In this document: positions 21,501 through 33,576 of the stretch, piece after piece
Layout: each line of letters opens with the position of its first letter
How positions within the stretch are numbered: the first letter of the stretch is position 1
DNA from: Selaginella moellendorffii
Lineage: Eukaryota > Plantae > Lycopodiophyta
Direction of reading: 5' to 3'
DNA: 64,000 nt
Assembly: GCF_000143415.4 (NCBI RefSeq)
Contig: NW_003314271.1
Location: 2,795,729 to 2,859,728, forward strand
Notes under the pieces: generated by a model
The model's input: the letters and a program-made list of their open reading frames with translations, nothing else
Database searches by the model: none
Told to the model about the DNA's origin: nothing
Program-made: the position numbers and the translations under genes

Positions 21501-23804
21501 TTGCTTTAGCCCCAAAGGTCAGCATCCCTTTTAGGTCGCATTATACAAACTACTTACTAAGGTTTAAGCCAACCGAAGTCAACTCCAACCCCTTCACTAG
21601 TTTGTATTAGCTTATGAAAACGAAATGGTTTTTGAGCAAAGTGATCAATAGATCAGCTATTAGAAAAGTCTAAGAAAATTTGTGGAAAATTTTCTATCCT
21701 AGAGAAAGAATGACTCTCAATCTAGGAATACAAACTTTCAAGACTCAACCAACTTCCTCCTACCAACAACTTCACATAAGTTCACCTCAACACAAATTCT
21801 CATGATCCAATAATATGCTTAAGCATTGAACATATTTGCCTCAAGTGCCAACTCAATCTGATAAAATGCAATATAAATGCCACTCTCCATCGATAGAGAT
21901 TTACAACACCCAACACCACTAACTTTTGTTTACAACATAGACAAACTCATGCTACTTTCTTTCCGACCAAACTCAAAACTAATCCAACACCAAATTACTC
22001 AGGGAACAATAGCAAGGTTCCCTGGAAAAGAATTAAGCATTGCGTCCCAAGTCTTTAATAGCAAGCCTAGACAAAATGGTTTAACGCTTCACCACTATCC
22101 ATCCTATGACTCACCACTTGTAAAACCATCATTTCCAATATGCATCAAGGTAGGAACTCTTGATTGCATATTGTGAACACGAGCAATGAGTCACACCTCA
22201 TTGCAAATCATCTCTCCAAGAAGAGAAGATGCTTTACGTGTTTGATCCTTCGTCCCTGATAACTCTCTTTTTGGTCTCATATTTGACCCAACCTCAAGCT
22301 TGCATTCGCATTGCCTTCAGTTCAATCCAAGAAAAGTTTATGAGAGAGCACGGCAATAACTACTTGAATCAATAGACTAATCCCTATAATCTTGATTGAT
22401 CCACTTATAATCATGCCTAAGAAGGATCCATTAGTGCCATGCTAAATAGCTACGGACCAGCCTATTTGCCACTCATAGCAAACCCAGGGAAGGTTTACTT
22501 TTACCCATGGTACATGGAATAACTCATGGAACCACCAATAAGCTAACATTAATCCTGCCAACTCAAAGTGCAACCTTGAGTTGCTAATGCACCTCACTCA
22601 TGAGCCTAAGTGTAAACTCGTGCAAACAAAACATCTCAGTCCATCTTATGAGCCCAAGAGTACGCCATATAACATGATACAAAAATGTAACCAAATCTAC
22701 CTAAAGAACGATTGCGAAATCTTTGCACCCAAACATGTACCCATTCAGATCATTGTTTTCATCTCTGCGTATGCAATGAGATTAGTTGCCCAATCTCATT
22801 GGATAGAACTCGCTGAGACAATTTCTCTGATACCAAATGTAGCACACGTGGTTTTGACCCTTTATCCTATGGTGATTTACCATAAAATAACACCACGAAG
22901 CGGAACCTAAACCTCTATGTGCCACATGTCCATAGGACAGTGGTGTGGAACCCAAGGTTCAGGGCCTTGGGCCACTGAACGAAGGAATGGTGCCAAACTC
23001 CCAAGCATAGAGCCAAGAAATGATAGAATCAGACCACGGAGCAATTGGAGGATATAGGTACTCCACCAGCTAGCATGGTGTGGAGTTTGGGCTTAGACCC
23101 AAGCCAGACGCAAAACAAAGATAGGCACCCAAGCAACAATTAAACTACGCCTAAAATTGGTCGGCCATGCCTAACCCTACCCACTATCCCTACTATACAT
23201 TTGGAACCCCTTGACAACCCCCTCCCCCTGAGGAACACACACTTTGGGCTTTCACCCCAGGCCTCCCTTAGTACTAAGAGTTAGTCTCTGGGACAAGCTT
23301 AAAACTTACTAAATATGGAATGTCCCTAGATTGTGAATTTAGACATGGGACGAACACCATTGTGTTTAAAACAATCTTTACATTTTGTAGATATACCAAA
23401 TGAGCAAATCTGAACACTTTCTATAAATAACATTTGGGACCAAAATGAAACTAATACAAAGGGCATGATACTAAAGGTGTTTGGTAGACACGGTAAGCTA
23501 TCATCCAGTGATATTAAGGAACTAATCTCAATATGCAAGGGTTTTTGTTAAGCCAGTGCAAGACAGAGCAAAAGAGAACTAAGAGCTAAGTTGAGTATGC
23601 TTAGCTAGAAACACATAAGAGTTCCTACCTTATGTCCATCTGGCTAAGTACAAGTGCTAAGCCCAATAAACTAACACTTGAACAAGAGGGGCTAATAAAA
23701 GAAATTAGCAATACCGACCTCCTATCATCGTGGCAGTAAGGAAAAAGTGTTCGTAAGGAACGGCCGACAGATAACTTTCGATACCGGAAGTCACATTTGC
23801 GACT

Positions 23805-25100
23805 GTTGTCTTAAACGATATGGCATTCACAAGAGCAACAATTCACATTGGCCAACATAACCATCTAGTGGCGAGTGGGACATACTTGGAGACTTTGGAT
23901 GTAGTTATATTTGTTGTTTCAAAAATAGTAGATCAATCTCCAAGAGTTTAACCTACAGTTATAACTACTAAAGCAGTAGATGAGTTGATTCTTCAAAATT
24001 TCTTACAATCAATTTTAAACACTATAACATTTTCACCCTAATAATTGAGCAAAGCATTGGATAGTCTTTTGGCACTTACCAATAAATGAAAGTAAGATTT
24101 AGTCAATTTAAAATATTATTTTGTATTTACTTTAAAATATTTTTGCAGGATGTGAATTGTAATAGAAAACTTTAGAAGAAAATCTCTCTTTTTTTTTGAG
24201 AAGTCCTCAAGTCTCAATGCAATTTTAAAGTTTAAAAATGAGTTTAACTACAACTTCTTTTAAAGCATTGCTTTTTTAGGACTAATCTAAGTTGAAGCCA
24301 AAAAATGATGTCATGTTTTCAAGATGTTGGTGGATGGTATTAAAAGTGGAGTTGATCTTGTTAAGTGAATGTTATCAAGTATAGATTTGCAATACTCTTG
24401 GATATGCTTTGATCATACACACATAATTCCTGAATAGTCTAAAATAACTCCCAATGTGTACAATCTAAGGTAAATATGCATTTATTCAATTATTATATTA
24501 ATAATGTTCTTTTATGTAGAGCATAATCCTTAATAGTGATAATTGTTTATGAGATGAGAGGAGAAGACATGCCAGCTCAAGTTCTTTTTTGGACACTACT
24601 AAACAAAATATACTAAGTTGGAACAGGATCTTTAACACCACTAATATTTTATGATTTTGTGAGTGATGAAGTGCAAGCAAATTGATGAGCTATTAGAACT
24701 ATCTACAATAGTGGTTTAGATAAGGTTTTAGTTGGCCAAGAGAGGAGTTGTTTTTTCCATTGGGAGTAAAGTCTACATGAACACAGAGAAATATATTCAA
24801 ATTGAATACTATGATGAATATAAGTAATTGTACTAGAGTTTAAAATTTGCAAACACTTTAGAAAATGCAAAAAAGCAATACAAGTTCATACGTTTATAAC
24901 AAGTTTGAGGTAATGCTTATGAGAAAGCAATTCCAAGCACAATGGTTTAATCTTTCTATTATAGATGAGTTATCAAATAGTTGCTACCTAAATTCTAACA
25001 ATAAATTTTACCAAGAGTTACCATATGATGTGGCTAGCAAAAATAAATGGCTTTAAACGTGTATTTCTATCTAAAACTTGCTAGAATGATTTGGTCATTT
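23805..25100 (+). pseudogene. MULE transposase fossil, core piece
   Basis: IHIGQHNH, CFDHT, FVSDEVQAN**AIRTIY and ERSCFFHW (CxxH) motifs in degraded frames. Confidence 0.6.
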
Positions 25101-25109
25101 TTATCCTAC

Positions 25110-25389
25110 CGTAAGTTCCTGAGTTTAGACTTCGTAGGAGGTCACCCAACTCTATAACCTCTTGAGTTTGGATTTTTTAAGAGGTCAATTAGCCTTGTAA
25201 TCTCTTGAGTTTGGAATTTTTGGGAGGTCACCTAGCCCAGTACTACTCAAACCCAAGGATACTTAACCCCAAATATCTTAAGACCTTTAATCGATTGGAA
25301 AAGGGGGTGCACTTTTATTCATGGGCCCTTTCCCTTTGTATTTGAACTTTATGGATTATCTTTTGAGTTGTTCCTTTTAGTTTCTTACA
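25110..25389 (-). mobile_element. Cassandra TRIM solo LTR (25196-25389, 194 bp) plus two extra copies of its last 43 bp
   Basis: Reverse match to LTRs at 34827 and 35370 including the 5S-derived segment. Confidence 0.85.
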
Positions 25390-25759
25390 TTTACAACAAG
25401 CCTTTATACATGCTTATATGAAAGGCTAGATTATAGGAAATAGACTGAATCTTAAAGATTTGATGGCACACTTATCTGCTATAACATCAATACGACTTCC
25501 TAGTCACAATCTCATAAAGGTGGTGGGATTAGCTTTAAATGATCTTGGAATTTGCTCTACAACAAAACCAATTGGGAATCTTAAAATTATCAGAAGGAAG
25601 CAACAAGCAAATGAGCTGATATAGCTAACAAATTCACACCGTCTCAAGTATGAGTATGTTACTAGAGAACAAAGAGAACCAATGCTTCCAAGCAACCAAA
25701 AGTTTAAATGCTTCCAAGTTAAAGAACAAAAGATTCATAAGATTGAGTAGGTTATATAT

Positions 25760-26905
25760 TGTAGCGCACGTGGTTTTGACCCTTTATCCTATGGTGATTT
25801 ACCATAGGATAACACCACGAAGCGGAACCTAAACCCTCTTTGTGCCACGTGACAGATGCCACGTGTCACATACCATGTGTCCATGCCACGTGTCCATAGG
25901 AACCCGAGGTTCAGGGCCTTGGGCCACTGAACGAAGGAACGGTGCCAAACTCCCAAGCATGACACCAAGGAGTGATGGAACCGAACCACGGAGCAACTCC
26001 CGAGCATATAGCCCAAGGAGCGAAGGGACAGGAGCCCGGAGCGACTTGGAACAGTCCTAGAGCAACCAGCATCCCAATGCCAGGACCAGCACGCAAAACG
26101 GAGCCAAACGGAGTCTGGTGCTATTTCGGCATACCGGTGGCCTAACGTGAGGATATGGGTACTCCACCAGCTAGTATGGAATGGAACTTGGGCTTAGACC
26201 CAAGCCGAACGCAGAACAAGGACAGGCACGCAAGCGGGAGCTAGACTATGCCTCAGGTTGGTCAGCCATGCCCGACCTACCCACTATCCCTACTATACAT
26301 TTGGAACCCCCTACAGTCCCCCCCCCCCTTGAGGAACACACGCTTTGGGCTTTCACCCCAAGCCTCCCTTAGTATCAGGAGTTAGTCTCTGGGACAAGCT
26401 CGAAATTTACTAAATATGGAATGTCCCTAGATTGTGAATTTGGACATGGGACGAACACCATTGTGTTCAGACCGATCTCTACATTTTGTAGATATGCCAA
26501 ATGAGCAAATTTGGACACTTTCCATAAATAGCATTTGGGACCGAAATGAGACTAACACAAAGGGCATGATAGCGAGGGTGTTTGGCAGACACAGTAAGCT
26601 ATCATCTAGTGAATATTGAGGGACCAAACTCAATATCGCAGGGGTTCCCAACACTAGCAAGTGCAAGTCAACGAATGAGTTTCTCTAACCAGGTCAAGTA
26701 TGCTTGACTAATAGCACTTAGGAATTCCGTCCTTATGCCCATCTGGTCAAGTGCACACGCGAGGACCAGTTTCTCAACTAGCTTAGGTGGAGACTAATAA
26801 CGAGTCCAGCAATACCGACCTCCTGCCATCGTGGCAGTAAGGTAAGAGTGTCCGTAAGGACTAGCCGACAAGTAACTTTCGATACCTGAAGTCATATTCG
26901 CGACA
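25760..26905 (-). mobile_element. Solo LTR, family B (1146 bp)
   Basis: TG..CA; perfect TSD TATAT 25755-25759 and 26906-26910. Confidence 0.95.
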
Positions 26906-27139
26906 TATATTGACCTAGAGCAAGATTTACAGTTAAGTGTCTTGCTTGGATTGGAGGAAAATTATATAGTAAACAGATTACCATAAGAACTCTATACACT
27001 CTAGCACTTTGTTATTGGGGATGACAACAATATAGTAATCCTCCACAACACTGTGATCAGTTTATATGGTTCTATCCAACAGAAATTCTATAACATGGTC
27101 TGTTGCAGCACAAATTATCCAAAAACCAGAATATATACC

Positions 27140-27427
27140 ATGCTTTATTTCGTTAAAGTGGGACTTATTCAGTAAAGTGGGACATTAATTAGCATGTGTC
27201 CACATGCCATTTCCTAGTACTTAATTAATATTTATTAATATTTCTATCAGTTTTTTAATTTATTTTTTTATATTTCACAATATTATAACACAAAATCATA
27301 TGAAAAGTTTTTAATTTATAAATTATAAAGTTAAAACTTCAATTTTTTATTGTTGTTATAAAAATGGCATGTGGCCACACACTATAAGTGGGATAATAAA
27401 AAGTCCCACTTTAACGAAATAAAGCAT
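27140..27427. mobile_element. MITE, 288 bp, about 27-bp TIR (ATGCTTTATTTCGTTAAAGTGGGACTT), 4-bp TSD TACC
   Basis: Perfect TIRs; AT-rich interior; second copy at 46579-46866. Confidence 0.9.
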
Positions 27428-27699
27428 TACCATGTACTTAGCCAATTGAAAAAGGGGTGAACTTGATGAATTTGGAGCTTCAAACTTTGGTTGAAGCATG
27501 TTTTAAATTTGAAGAGAACACTTTATAGTCACCTATTCTTAAGAAGTTATGAAAACAAGAAATAATAAATGTGTGAAGATTACAAATATTTGGTCAAAGG
27601 AAGCAAATGCAACATACTCAAAAACATTACAGTTGAAGGTAGAAGTTAAAAGTGTCAATATCAAGTAGCAGTATCGTCATCATGAATATAAAATTCTCA

Positions 27700-27850
27700 G
27701 TTATAGAATTGATATTGTAAATAGGAAGGTTTACAACATCAAAATCAACCAATTCCCAAATTGCACTTGCATATACTTCTTTCAATGTCAGACTTTTATC
27801 AAGTCTTTCATCCCTTGCAAGTATTATATTTTGTATATTGTATGCTTCTT
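27700..27850 (+). pseudogene. SWIM zinc finger remnant of the MULE fossil
   Basis: KVYNIKINQFPNCTCIYF...FIPCK(H>Y)..YFV. Confidence 0.6.
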
Positions 27851-28319
27851 AGGATAGATCCAAATGTTTAATTTTGGATTTGTCTAAATATGAAATGTTC
27901 ATGATATTGAAAAAGAATTAGATATTGGTATTATATTCGAATTTAATATAAGATAAATAATTTTTTATTTATAAATTACATCTAAAATAACATATAGCAT
28001 TTTTATAATAGGGATTTTATGTAAAATAAATTTAATATAAATATACATTATAAATTAGAGGTTTCTTACATAAATAATTAGTATAAATACTAAATATTAA
28101 ATATTAAAATAATAATTTCTTCTGTAAACAAGTTGATAAGGCAAAACATCTATTAAATAGCAACTATTGCTACTAAGATTACAAATCTAAATATTACTAA
28201 AATTATTAATTTGATTTAAAATACCTATTTAATAAAAATATTATTACTAAAACCTTAATAAAATATTCTTTAGTGTGCCAGAATATTCACAAAATATTTT
28301 GTCGCTCCCTTAGCATTGG

Positions 28320-28635
28320 CAGATCCCCCTGGGGAGATGGACAATGGAACATAGATTAGTCCTCACGTCCTGCGCCAAAGGCTCCATCCCATCCCTCCTA
28401 GACATAAATCTATAGCCGGCACTGAATAATTCGTGTTGCTGCTCCACAGAGATGACCTTGCTGCCAGGACACATGGCACACAACACCCCTAGCTTCCATA
28501 TCTCGAGGTAGTGGTTGAGCTTGCCAACGGTCCAGTGCTTACCACAGTGCACATCTCGCAGTTGTTCCATGCCTGCCAGTCGAGATCGTTGTCGTGCTCC
28601 ACACGCGCAAACACCGCTTCAAAAGATTACAGCAT
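28320..28635 (-). pseudogene. N-terminal fragment of REase-like family A gene
   Basis: SFEAVFAR..EHDNDLDWQAWNN..WTVGKLNHYLEIWKLG matches 55398-56276; early stop and frameshifts. Confidence 0.85.
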
Positions 28636-29339
28636 CCTCCTTAACTCAAGGCTCATCCGCTACCAGCCATGATCTTCAAAGCTCGAATTCATAACTTTGA
28701 TTGTGAGACTCCAGAAAGAACATGAACTCAAGCTTCGTGAGAAAAGGTATTGCCAAAGATTATGCCAAATGGTCGACAGGCCAAACCACTTTTGAGCTCA
28801 CGAGCTCAATGCATACCAGGAGATGCAAGGTCAAAACAGTCAATGTAAAGTCAATAAAAGTCCATAATGTCCTCAAAGCTTATTAGAAAAATACAAAAAA
28901 AACTCACTTCTGACCCTGTCAAGGAGTTCAAAACAACTTGTTGCGAATCTTCATACCTGAGCAAGCAATCTTTGCAAGGGCCTCGATGAGTTCCGCTGGA
29001 TGATCTTCACCATCTCCGCCTTGTATCCATGCCTGGAAAAAGAAAAATCTTGAGACAATAGCAACAGGGATGGTCCAAAATTGAGCTCCACATTCTGTCA
29101 TTTCCAGAATGTTCTCCTGTGCAATTGTTCTGAGCATGATCGATGAAGCTGCCAAACCTTTGGCTCGTCCAGTCCCAGTATCGTTGCTTAGTTTGGTTTG
29201 ACAATTTAGTTTGGAAACTAAAAAGAACTAGAGGTCAGGCAGAACAACACAATCGTCAAACCTCCAGTACCATGTTGCTGTGCTTCTTGGGATCGTGCAA
29301 AGGTTGAGCACTCACTTGTTGTTCCTTAAAGGTATTGTC

Positions 29340-29610
29340 CACAGTGCCAGACGCTGCCCGAGCTCCTCTCCTACAAGGACGCCTACTTCCATAGCCCCGA
29401 CTCCAAGGTCCAGATCTTGCTGGCTCTCAAGTGCTACTTGAAGACGTGGATGAGGCAGATGGTGGCGGTGTTGTTCGAGCAAGACAAAGGTGATGGTATC
29501 GCTGCAAGAGCCATCTCGTTTGGGGAGTGTTGAGTATAACATGGTTGCCGTTCAGGAGTGTGGCAACCATGTTATACTTGATCTCTACTGCATCAAGACA
29601 TAGTTCCAGG
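29340..29610 (+). pseudogene. C-terminal fragment of REase-like family A gene
   Basis: QCQTLPELLSYKDAYFHSPDSKVQILLALKCYLK...ISFG; high nucleotide identity to 55841-56040. Confidence 0.85.
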
Positions 29611-30660
29611 ATAGCGCTGGCTATAGAGCTTCTTTAGAAAGCTCGTGAGGTTTGATATAAACCATTGAGGAATATATATCCAAAATATGCTTAGATGCTC
29701 TAGTTTTGTATAGCAAATAAAAAACTAGTTCACTAGGAGGGACAAAGTAGAGAGAAAATATTTGAGATATTCGTTAGTGTTGAAATTATATGATTTCATC
29801 ATGACAGTAACATCTTAGAAGAAATATATAGTGTACAGAATTATAGATTTGATCTTTTGGAGGTACTACTCCCTTTTTCCTTCACATAAGAACTAATTGG
29901 TTTCTCTTTGCTCTAGATATTTCCTTGAACACAACTCAAAGCAATGTGCCATCCAAATCTGTGATAGCGTGGTTTTTCATTTTTGTCTTGGCAACTTTTT
30001 CTAATCACTAGAGCTAATATTACTGTGCCAAAAATATTTCTCATTAATGATCAGAATTAGAAGAAAAGAAAAGAAAAATTTCTGTCAGCAAACACCAATC
30101 CATTGAACATTTGCTCCTAAATATTTAAACAAACTCTTGAAGTTATTTAAAGACACTAAACATTCTAAACAAAATTAATCTGGACCGTCAGATAGAAAAA
30201 TATACTGCTGATAAATATACAAGCATAGAAATATCTGTTTAAAATATCGCTAGATTTTTCAATGCCAATTGTATCCTTGACAAATTTACTCACTCCTAGT
30301 TGAATTTGTCAGTATTTAGGATTTGGGAATATTGAGGGACCAGCTCCTCTTTCCACCTCATTGCACGGATGCATAGGCCTCAATCAGCTTTTTATGAAGT
30401 CCCAGGCTTTGCTGGGAGCTGTGCATGGAGCCAATGTCAAAAAATTAATGTGAGCACATTCTTGGGGGATTGCTATTGCTTGGTATGATGGCTGTATGCC
30501 ATGTATTGTAAGAGTGTATATGGAGCGCATCCACGATGAAAACATAGATACTGCATTTACAGATTCCACTATACGAATCTGGATTTATGTCACTACACAC
30601 CACTTGTCTGGGATCCATGCCACCAGATCTTATTCGAGGAACACCACCATGACCTTGTGT

Positions 30661-31084
30661 TCACACGCCATTTTCTGATTCCATGTTGTCATCTATGGTG
30701 ATTGGAAAACCAATTTCGTCGTCTGTTGGGAGAGCAATGTTGGCGTTGTATCGGCAAGTCTTATTACACCTGATGAAGCCGACTTTGCAACAGTAAGTCC
30801 CTTGCTCGCAACAATAGTTACAACCACCCAATTGATTACGGAGGCAACAGTAGTACTTCTTGTCGGGATTGCACTCCTCCACACAGGTTGCACCGCCAAA
30901 TGGGGTAGCAATACTGAGGCAGCAATCCTTCTTACCAACTGCGCATAAAGATTTCATTCAGAACAATGGCCAACATGAAATTATACTTACGTTTGAAAGG
31001 CGTGCATACTTTTGCTGCGTTAGAGAGCCCCACAATTACAAGTGCCATTGCAAGCAGCAAGAGAAGGCGGAATGAGGCAGCCAT
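30661..31084 (-). CDS. Secreted cysteine-rich peptide, 123 aa, 2 exons (31084-30991, 30938-30661)
   Basis: Signal-peptide-like MAASFRLLLLLAMALVIVGLSNA; 52-nt GT-AG intron keeps frame; 14 Cys; acidic C-terminal tail. Confidence 0.85.
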
Positions 31085-32356
31085 GAGTTGATAACAAAGA
31101 GAATGAAGAACAAAGAACGAAGTGCAAAGGTTCTTAAATTCTCACTCGGGAGCCTCTGCAGCCGTTGGATATCTGGTGCAGCAGCCATCAGATCCTGGAC
31201 CACAAAGAAAAAGATAGATATTCTGTATAAAATAGTTTTGAATCAGACTGGCGAACCTCCATCTTTATCAACCAGTAAATGATTTTTTAACATTTTGTAT
31301 GTTGGGTGCCACGCATGCCCTGCCTTGTAAAAATTTATACAAAAGAGTGGTCCCAGATTGTCAATCAAACTCAATAGAACACTTAAGCATTGATCTCAAT
31401 TTGACACTAACCACAGGAATATTCCAAGAATATTCTATGACTGGTAGGATTTATAGATGCAACATCTTGAAGGGTTGGAAGGTTGGTGTAAGGCTCATTC
31501 TTTGTTTGTTTCATTAGTATTGAAGCATGTTTTTTTAGGGATGGCAGAAGAGCAGAATATAAATCCTAATGAGGAATATATTGTTAGTGAGGAAGAATCT
31601 CTTGATGATATTATTGTGTGGCAAGGTTATTAGATTTTTGAGGTTTAAAGTAACATCAAGGAAGTTAAGGATTCTATCAATCTCATTAAGGATTTCCTAC
31701 TTCACATAAACCTTTAAGAGTTGAATCAATTTTGTATTCATAATTAGTATTGGTACATTAAACATGTTAAGGATTATGGTATTGTGGAATGAAAGTCATC
31801 ATTGGATGTTTGTGATAGCAAGGAAGTTGATTCTTGGTTAGAATTGTAAGAAAGTTGTTGCCATAAAGATAAAGTAAAAATTGATTTTTTTGTGATAAAG
31901 TTTATAGGCCATGCTTCTTTGTAGTGGAAGAATTACATCAAAGCTAATTTGAAGCCGACTCCTTAGAGTGAGTTGATAAAGGTTTTTCACACTTTTTTGG
32001 TCAAAAAGTTTGAAAAGGTTAAAACCAATTACTAGAGATTATATAAGGGATTTTGTTTTTAAATGCATATTACTTGCAAGTTTTGTGATATTTGCTTTAG
32101 TCTCACAAGCATCTATAATGAGCTGTTAAAGGTGCAATATTTCATCAAAAGTTTGAGCTCAGTGGATGTGCAATAGAAGGTTAAGAAGGATTTTCTAGCA
32201 ATGTTAATTGATATTATTATTAAGGCTCAAATCTTTTTGCTAAAACCATCAATCAACTTGGTCAACTCTGATCAACGAGATGGTCTACAGGGTAGTCAAC
32301 ATGATGACTAGCTAGCCAATTCTTCATATTTGGGGAAGAAACAACCGTTGCTATAT

Positions 32357-33508
32357 TCTCGCGAATGTGACTTCGGGTATCGAAAGTTACCTGTCGGCTA
32401 GTCCTTACGGACACTCTTACCTTATTGCCACGATGGCAAGAGGTCGGTATTGCTAGACCCGTTATCAGTCTTCGCCTAAGCTAGTTGAGAAACTGGTCAT
32501 CACATGTGCACTTAGACCGGAAGGGCACTAAGGAAGGAAATCCTAAGTTGTCATTTAGTCAAGCAGACTTGACACGGTGATGAGAAACTCATGATGTTGG
32601 CTTGCACTTGCTAGTGTTGGAACCCCCGCGATATTGAGCTTGGTCCCTCAATATCGCTAGATGATAGCTTACTGTGTCCGCCAAACACCCTCGCTATCAT
32701 GCCCTTTGTGTTAGTCTCATTTCGGTCCCAAATACTATTTATGGAAAGTGTCCAGATTTGCTCATTTGGCATATCTACGGAATGTAGAGATCGGCCTGAA
32801 CACAATGGTGTTCGTCCCGTGTCCAAATTCATAATCTAAGGACATTCTATATTTAGTAAGTTTCGAGTTTGTCCCAGAGACTAACTCCTGATACTAAGGG
32901 AGGCTTGGGGTGAAAGCCCAAAGCGTGTGTTCCTCAAGGGGGGGGGGGGGGCTATGGGGGGTTCCAAATGTATAGTAGGGATAGTGGGTAGGTCGGGCAT
33001 GGCCGACCAACCTGAGGCATAGTCTAGCTCCCGCTTGCGTGCCTGTCCTTGTTCTGCGTCCGGCTTGGGTCTAAGCCCAAGTTCCATTCCATGCTAGTTG
33101 GTGGAGTACCCATATCCTCACGTTAGGCCACCGGTATGCCGAAATAGCGCCAGACTCCGTTTGGCTTCGTTTTGCGTGCTAGTCCTGGCATTGGGATGCT
33201 GGTTGCTCCAGGACTGTTCCAAGTCGCTCCGGGCTCCTGTCCCTTCGCTCCTTGGGCTATATGCTCGGGAGTTGCTCCATGGTCCGGTTCCATCACTCCT
33301 TGGCGTCACGCTTGGGGGTTTGGCACCGTTCCTTCGTTCAGTGGCCCAAGGCCCTGAACCTCGGGTTCCTATGGACACGTGGCACGGACACGTGGTATGT
33401 GACACGTGGCATCTGTCACGTGGCACAAAGAGGGTTTAGGTTCCGCTTCGTGGTGGTATCCTATGGTAAATCGCCATAGGATAAAGGGTCAAAACCATGT
33501 GCGCTACA
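32357..33508 (+). mobile_element. Solo LTR, family B (1152 bp)
   Basis: T(C)TCGCGAA..GCGCTACA; TSD TATAT 32352-32356 and 33509-33513; inverted relative to 25760-26905. Confidence 0.95.
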
Positions 33509-33576
33509 TATATCATGGCTCGAAGAGTGGAAATGGCAATGAGGCTAAAAAACTTTATTTGCATCAACAATGAAAG

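Larger units (their letters stand above)
1202..23804 (-). mobile_element. Non-autonomous (LARD-like) family-B LTR retrotransposon; 5' LTR 22838-23804, 3' LTR 1202-18725 interrupted by nested insertions
   Basis: PBS tggtatcagag (tRNA-Met) next to 22838; PPT agggagggagag next to 18725; leader and about 500 bp of 3' UTR match element 2; 4.1-kb interior lacks a long ORF; no clean TSD. Confidence 0.8.

Noticed and set aside
31036-31188. 50-codon upstream ORF overlapping the CRP start
   Set aside because: No evidence the transcript includes it; no recognisable features
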